A DNA stretch of 64,000 bases. It comes from an uncultured Candidatus Rokubacteria bacterium (GTDB lineage Bacteria; Methylomirabilota; Methylomirabilia; Rokubacteriales; DASRDR01). A program made the translations under genes and the position numbers. Each line of letters starts with the position of its first letter. Within the stretch, counting starts at the first letter, position 1. The DNA lies in contig CAWDVE010000013.1 in the NCBI GenBank assembly GCA_963805625.1, positions 352,001 to 416,000 of the forward strand, read 5' to 3'. Below, in pieces: positions 59,162-64,000 of the stretch. The notes beneath the pieces are model-generated. The model was not told where the DNA came from and did no database searches. It saw only the letters and a list, made by a program, of their open reading frames with translations.

Positions 59162-59811
59162 CACAAGCATTGCGCGCAGCGTCTTCGACTATCTGTCGCG
59201 GCATGCGCATTTATTGGAGGACGGCTCTCCGGATGCCGGATCGAGCGAGCTCGAGGTCTGCCGAGCGATTGTGACGCTTTGTGAGCTCGCGGCCCGGCTC
59301 CCCTTTGTGGTCGACCCCGCCGGGCTGCCGCCTGCCCAGCGTGGCGGCTCTCCTGAGCAGCGGTACCGAAGCAGTGACACCACGGGCCCGCGAAAAGCCG
59401 TCCTGATGGCGAAAGCCCGGCGGGAGGCCGAGGCCCAGCTACGGCCGCTCGTGACTCCCGGGGACCGGATGCGGCTGCTCGCCGCCTGCTCGATCTCCCA
59501 GAAAGGGGCGGAGGAATTCGAGACGACCGCCGCCGCGGGTCAAAAGCCCGGCAGCTAGCCGACCCTGCTCGGTCAGATGCCGGAGCACGCCGATCGCCCG
59601 ATCGAGCGTAAGTGAGGATGGCCACGCATGTCCGAACGTCAGGATCTGCACGATCACATCACCCGCGCAGGCTCATGGATCGAGGCAGCCGGTGAGTTTC
59701 AGAAGTATCGGCGGCACCGTCACGCCGAATTCTCGTTCTCTACATCGCGTTCAGAAGTCTGTACGGACATCATCGTCGAGCGACCATCATCGTCCACCGC
59801 AGGCCGCGTCA

Positions 59812-60723
59812 ATGACGACCGATGAACCGAGTGAGGCCGCCGTGTGTGTGACCCCGAGTGCGAAGCGGGCGGAGGAGTGCGCGGTCGTGTTGGCGTCGCA
59901 TGGGATTGCTCACCGCCTGGAGCCGACTGGCGCCGGCTGGATGGTGATGGTCGCGGCGGGTGACGCAGAACGGGCGAGCCGCGCGCTGGTCGAGTATGAC
60001 CGGGAGAACCGCGACGAGGCGCCGCGTGATCCCTCGCCGCCCCCTTACGGCACCACCGGTATCGGGGGGGTGATCGCCGCGCTGCTGGTTGGGTTCTTTG
60101 CGGTCACCGGCCCACGTGGGCCCAACGTCTGGTTCGACCAGGGCAGTGCCTCTGCCCGCCTGATTCTGTCGGGTGAGGTGTGGCGCACGGTGACCGCCCT
60201 GACGCTCCATGCCGACCTCGCCCACGTGCTCAGCAACGCCCTCGCCTGCCTGGTCTTCATCACCGCGGTCGCCTGGTGGCTCGGGCCAGGCGTAGGCACG
60301 TGGCTCGTGCTACTGGCCGGGGCGGGGGGGAACGCGCTGACGGCGCTCGCGCATGGGCCGTCGTCCGTCTCGGTCGGCGCCTCGACGGCCGTCTTCGGCG
60401 CCCTCGGCATTCTGGCCGTTCGCCAGTGCGTAGCGCGCGGGCGGGGCCGGGCGTCGGGGCACAAGGGCTGGGTGGTGATCGCCGCCAGCCTCGCGCTGCT
60501 CGGTATGCTCGGGACCGCTCCAGGGTCAGATGTACTCGCCCACGTCTTTGGCCTCCTCGTTGGGGGCCTTCTGGGCATTGGCCCGGCACTGGCACAGCGC
60601 CAGCCACTCGGCCGGTCGAGCCAGTGGCTCCTGGCCCTCGCCGCCGGCGCGCTCGTTCTCGCCTGCTGGAGGATCGCCCTGGCTGCCGTGCGCCCTCCCT
60701 CGCCGCCTGCGCTGACCCGGTAG
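59812..60723 (+). CDS. Rhomboid intramembrane serine protease
   Basis: GEVWR..TAL.LH.D..H..N, VGASTAVFG, DVLAHVFG. Confidence 0.92.
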   Translation: MTTDEPSEAAVCVTPSAKRAEECAVVLASHGIAHRLEPTGAGWMVMVAAGDAERASRALVEYDRENRDEAPRDPSPPPYGTTGIGGVIAALLVGFFAVTGPRGPNVWFDQGSASARLILSGEVWRTVTALTLHADLAHVLSNALACLVFITAVAWWLGPGVGTWLVLLAGAGGNALTALAHGPSSVSVGASTAVFGALGILAVRQCVARGRGRASGHKGWVVIAASLALLGMLGTAPGSDVLAHVFGLLVGGLLGIGPALAQRQPLGRSSQWLLALAAGALVLACWRIALAAVRPPSPPALTR

Positions 60724-60729
60724 TGACGC

Positions 60730-61075
60730 TGACAGGAGCGGGGTAGCGACGACGCAGCTCCTCGAGGCCCTCCGGTGGAATGTTGTGGTGAGCCACGAGG
60801 TCGATTCGACCCTCGTCCATCCGAAAGACCGTCGAGTACACCGCGTCACAGAGGCGCACGACGTTCCTCACGATCGTGTCGAAGACCGGCTGGACGTCGG
60901 TCGGCGAGCTCGCGATGACCCGCAGGATCTCGGCGGTGGCGGCCTGTTGTTCCTGTGCCTCCGCCAAACGCTTCTCGAGGTCGCCAACGCCAGAGCCTTC
61001 GTTCTTCCGCGACTTGCGGGTGGCAGGCAGCTTGGCTTCGGCCTTAGTCTTCGCGGGCTTCGCATCCCGACGCAT
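60730..61075 (-). pseudogene. Truncated GAF-domain sensor kinase N-terminus
   Basis: LEKRLAEAQEQQAATAEILRVIASSPTDVQPVFDTIV; homology ends at the rhomboid stop. Confidence 0.75.
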
Positions 61076-61197
61076 CGGCCTCTCCTTCACCGCGCGATGG
61101 TCGGCGCCAGGCTACGCCAAGGCATTCGTCGGGGCAAGTCCGAGTGGCCTGTGTTCGATGATTCCGGCGAGCGTGCCAGCGTCTTCTCAATTGTCCT

Positions 61198-61431
61198 TCA
61201 CTCCGACAATTCTCGCCGCACCGTTTCCTTGTCGAATCCCGCCCCAGCGAGTTGCCGCAGAACCATCGCGACATGCTTCTTCGTCAGGTCCTGTGGCCCA
61301 TGTCCCGACATGGTGATCTTCAGGCCACCACGAACGAACTGGCGGTGGCTGGTGGCCTTCCCGGGTAGCTCCACGAACCCGTGCTCGACAAGCCACCGTT
61401 CCAACTGCCTACGAGTCACCTCGCGCGTCAT
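61198..61431 (-). CDS. hicA: HicA-family toxin-like protein
   Basis: L...GF....G..SHRQF....ITMSGHG..DL.......LRQ dsRBD-like pattern. Confidence 0.75.
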   Translation of the reverse strand: MTREVTRRQLERWLVEHGFVELPGKATSHRQFVRGGLKITMSGHGPQDLTKKHVAMVLRQLAGAGFDKETVRRELSE

Positions 61432-61556
61432 TAGATGAGCCGCTTGGCTCAGAGCGTGCCCCGAATAGTCAGGCGTGTCCCTGGATCACTTGGTTTGAGG
61501 AACATCGTCAGCTCTTGAGTCGGGGACAGATTGCGCACCCCGCCCGGACCGGGTGA

Positions 61557-62351
61557 TCACACTTTCGTCGCGCGCGTCATGAGATAATCCTGCCGAACGA
61601 TGTTGTCTTCGAAAAACTGATCCACGATCTCTTCAAACTCCCGGCGGAAAGTGGCAAGTCGGTCTGGGTCACTCCTGAGCGCTTGGACCACTCCGCCGAC
61701 CGGTCCGATATTCACTTCGTAGAAGACGCGAAAATGCGCCGGGCTCAGGGTTGGGATGCGCATGACGGCGCGATCGAACACGAGATCTTGGACGGCGGCA
61801 CCCAGACGGCCTCGCACGATATTCGGATCGCCCCACTGCGGCGGGGGTGATACGAACGCCGGGGGCGGGGGCAGGTATCGCCCTATCAGCATGAAAAGCC
61901 GCCCGACGCACAGTTCGGGCGGCCAGGTCGAGAAGGCGATGACACCACCGGATTTGAGGACGCGCAGCATCTCGCGCGTGGCCACCTCGTGACGTGGTGC
62001 GAACATGTGGCCGAACTGGCTCACGACCGTATCGAACGCGCCATCTCCGAAGGGCAGGCTCTCGACGTCTCCTTCATGCCACTCGATGTCGACGCCGGCG
62101 ATGGTCATATTCTCCCTCGCCCGCTGGAGCAACTCCGGAGTAAGATCAATTCCCGTTACCCGTGCCCCACGGTGCCGGGCGGTGATCGCCACGACCCCGG
62201 TGCCGCATCCTACGTCGAGAACCCGCTGGCCTGGCCGTACACCCGCGAAGCCCACCAGCCGGGGAGCGGTGGTACACGTCACCAGCTCAAATGGGCTGAA
62301 GGAAGCCCATGCTTGCCGTTGGCCGCTCTTGAACTCCGCGAGCTCATCCAT
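61557..62351 (-). CDS. Class I SAM-dependent methyltransferase
   Basis: VLDVGCGTG, GDVESLPFGDGAFDTVVSQFG, RVLKSGG. Confidence 0.93.
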   Translation of the reverse strand: MDELAEFKSGQRQAWASFSPFELVTCTTAPRLVGFAGVRPGQRVLDVGCGTGVVAITARHRGARVTGIDLTPELLQRARENMTIAGVDIEWHEGDVESLPFGDGAFDTVVSQFGHMFAPRHEVATREMLRVLKSGGVIAFSTWPPELCVGRLFMLIGRYLPPPPAFVSPPPQWGDPNIVRGRLGAAVQDLVFDRAVMRIPTLSPAHFRVFYEVNIGPVGGVVQALRSDPDRLATFRREFEEIVDQFFEDNIVRQDYLMTRATKV

Positions 62352-62498
62352 CCCAGTCCCCCTACGACTTCACGCCCAAGGGAATTCCTAGATCACTTAG
62401 TTCTAGGACGTCTCGTTAGGTTCTTGTGTCACGCTCTTCGCGATCGCAGGGAAAATCATCCGCGTTCATTAGATGCGCAATGTCCCCGTGCCCTAAGC

Positions 62499-62876
62499 TC
62501 AGATCCAGCGCGCCGCGGCCGCGCCGGTGTCCTCCGGGCGGCTGTTGAAGGCGATGGCCGCGCCCGGAGCGGCGCGGTGAATGGCGTTGACTAAGGCCTC
62601 GAACAGAACCAGCCGGCTCGGCGGCAAGCGGACGCCCGCTCCGACCACCACGCAGTCGTAGTGGCCCTCGGCCAGGCGGCGCTCCACGGCGAGTGCGGCG
62701 GTCGCGTCGGGATTGATAAAGCAGTTCTCGGCCTGCCAGCCGCGCTCGGCCATGTCGGCGAGCGCGACTTCTACCCCGGCGTGGATCTTCTCCGCAGTCA
62801 TGCCCCGCGGCAGCGCCGGATCCGAAAAATCCACCGTCGCCGGATCCAAGCCGACCAACAGAACTCGTTTCATCAT
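62499..62876 (-). CDS. Conserved-looking hypothetical protein (flavodoxin-like pattern)
   Basis: KRVLLVGLDP, YDCVVVGAGVR, FEALVN..H..AP.A.IAFN..P.DT..AA.RW. Confidence 0.75.
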   Translation of the reverse strand: MMKRVLLVGLDPATVDFSDPALPRGMTAEKIHAGVEVALADMAERGWQAENCFINPDATAALAVERRLAEGHYDCVVVGAGVRLPPSRLVLFEALVNAIHRAAPGAAIAFNSRPEDTGAAAARWI

Positions 62877-63252
62877 CTCACGCTCCCCCCGCGCAGCTGC
62901 GTCCGCCACCATTCCTACTCTAGCTGGATCATGTCCCTAGATCACCGTGATCTAGGATCATATCTTCTGAGGAGCGGAGTCAGCCACTGGAGCAGCCTCG
63001 TCATGCTCGAAGCACTGTACTATCACGCTTCCGCCGAAGCTCGACGCTAGTTCACGTCGTCTGGGACTCCGGCCGGGCCAGTGCCGGAGAGGAGCGCTCG
63101 CCGAAATTCGCTGGAGTGCGTTTTGCCTCGCGGTGCGGACCCCGATCGAGGCCCGGATCAAGGCGCTGGCGTGGACGTACTTTCTTGACGATCCGCGGGC
63201 GCCGCTGCCCACCGAGGGGACGCCGCCCCCCGAGCCCACGGGGCCTGTCGGT

Positions 63253-63422
63253 CGGGTTCCGGGCCTCACCTCCCCGACCTCCCGCCGCTCTTGCCGGGCG
63301 TGCCAGCGACGCGCTATCGTTCGGGCGCGCCGCCCGGCGGCAGGGCCGATGCCGTGAGCCCGCGAGCGGGGGGGACGGGGCGCGGGAGCAGGGACGCAGA
63401 AACGTGCTTTGGACTTCCTACG
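63253..63422 (+). mobile_element. IS91/ISCR-like oriIS end, copy 2
   Basis: Homologous to 51964-52116; ends GTGCTTTGGACTTCCTA, resembling ISCR oriIS GxxTTTGAACTTCCTAT. Confidence 0.65.
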
Positions 63423-63449
63423 TTCTGACCCCCGGCGGAGCGAGTCGCC

Positions 63450-64000
63450 CTAGCGAAGAGGGGTCGAGCCGGAGCTGCGTGTAATACGTCCGGCTGCCCC
63501 AGGGGTGCTGATACTCCGGCCGGTAGTTCGAGCGGCCGCCGCGTGCAGCCGGGATCGGCGGGGGCCCGCGCCGACCATCTCGTAGACGTGGACGGGCGCC
63601 TCCAGCCCCTTCACCGGCACCGGCCCGAGGGGCTTCACCTCGATGTAGCCTTCCGCCAGCCGCAGCGTGTCCGCGGTGAGCCGGATGGTACCGGGGAGGG
63701 CGAGCTGCTCCATCCGCGCCGCCAGGTGCGTCGTCTGGCCCACGGCGGTGTAGTCCATGCGGAGGTCGCTGCCGATGGCCCGGACCACGACCTCGCCCGA
63801 GTTGAGGCCGACCCGGATCTGCACCTCGACGCCCTGAGCGTGGCGAAGTTCCTCGGCGTAGCGCCGCATCGCGGTCTGCATATCGTGGGCCGCGTAGCAC
63901 GCCCGCACCGCGTGGTCCTCGTGGGCGACGGGCGCGCCGAAGAGCGCCATGATGCCGTCCCCCATGACCTGGTTCACCGTGCCCTCGTAGCGGTGGACGG
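63450..64000 (-). pseudogene. Class III adenylate/guanylate cyclase domain, truncated before the AAA domain (begins outside the window)
   Basis: GTVNQVMGDGIMALFGAP, IRVGLNSG, VGQTTHLAARME, VKG; homology stops after RLHAAAAR. Confidence 0.8.

Noticed and set aside
59214-59558. 114-aa ORF downstream of the operator-like boxes
   Set aside because: TTG start without a clear RBS and no recognisable motif; cannot be supported.
60260-60729. C-terminal half of the 276-aa ORF 60260-61090
   Set aside because: Read-through antisense to the rhomboid gene after the GAF truncation.

Overview
High-GC bacterial DNA. The GAF-kinase, adenylate-cyclase and rve-integrase fragments resemble families abundant in Rokubacteria/Methylomirabilota (inference only). 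The window has four zones. (1) 1-4.9 kb: a tightly coupled minus-strand operon that looks like part of a mobile element, with a P450-N-terminus chimera, a phage-type replication-initiator-like gene carrying internal repeats, a membrane AAA ATPase, a patatin and a TolC-like protein. (2) 5-44 kb: an island of largely uncharacterised genes. Its centre is a ~13.5 kb minus-strand operon: TPR, HupE/UreJ, DUF4331, di-heme cytochrome c, a GMC oxidase::catalase-like fusion, a catalase-like protein, a chimera and a fatty-acid alpha-dioxygenase-like peroxidase. A second DUF4331-TPR pair with a relic of the same cytochrome lies at 5.2-8.0 kb. The island also holds a very Trp/Cys/His/Tyr-rich small protein with a 675-aa partner, three GDY-type beta-propeller-like proteins, and an M14 carboxypeptidase whose putative prodomain is a separate gene. 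Three sigma54-type promoters (32.5, 33.3 and 35.1 kb) share one upstream layout of TGCACA-N6-TGTGCA boxes, which suggests a single regulon. (3) 44-51 kb: LysE, URO-D family, MarR, a Tat-exported TPR-MBL protein, DUF899 and DUF2182. (4) 51-64 kb: many IS91/ISCR, serine-recombinase, integrase and gene fragments around intact groES-groEL, rhomboid, HicA and methyltransferase genes. No tRNA, rRNA or CRISPR array was seen. All family calls come from reading motifs by eye, not from database searches.
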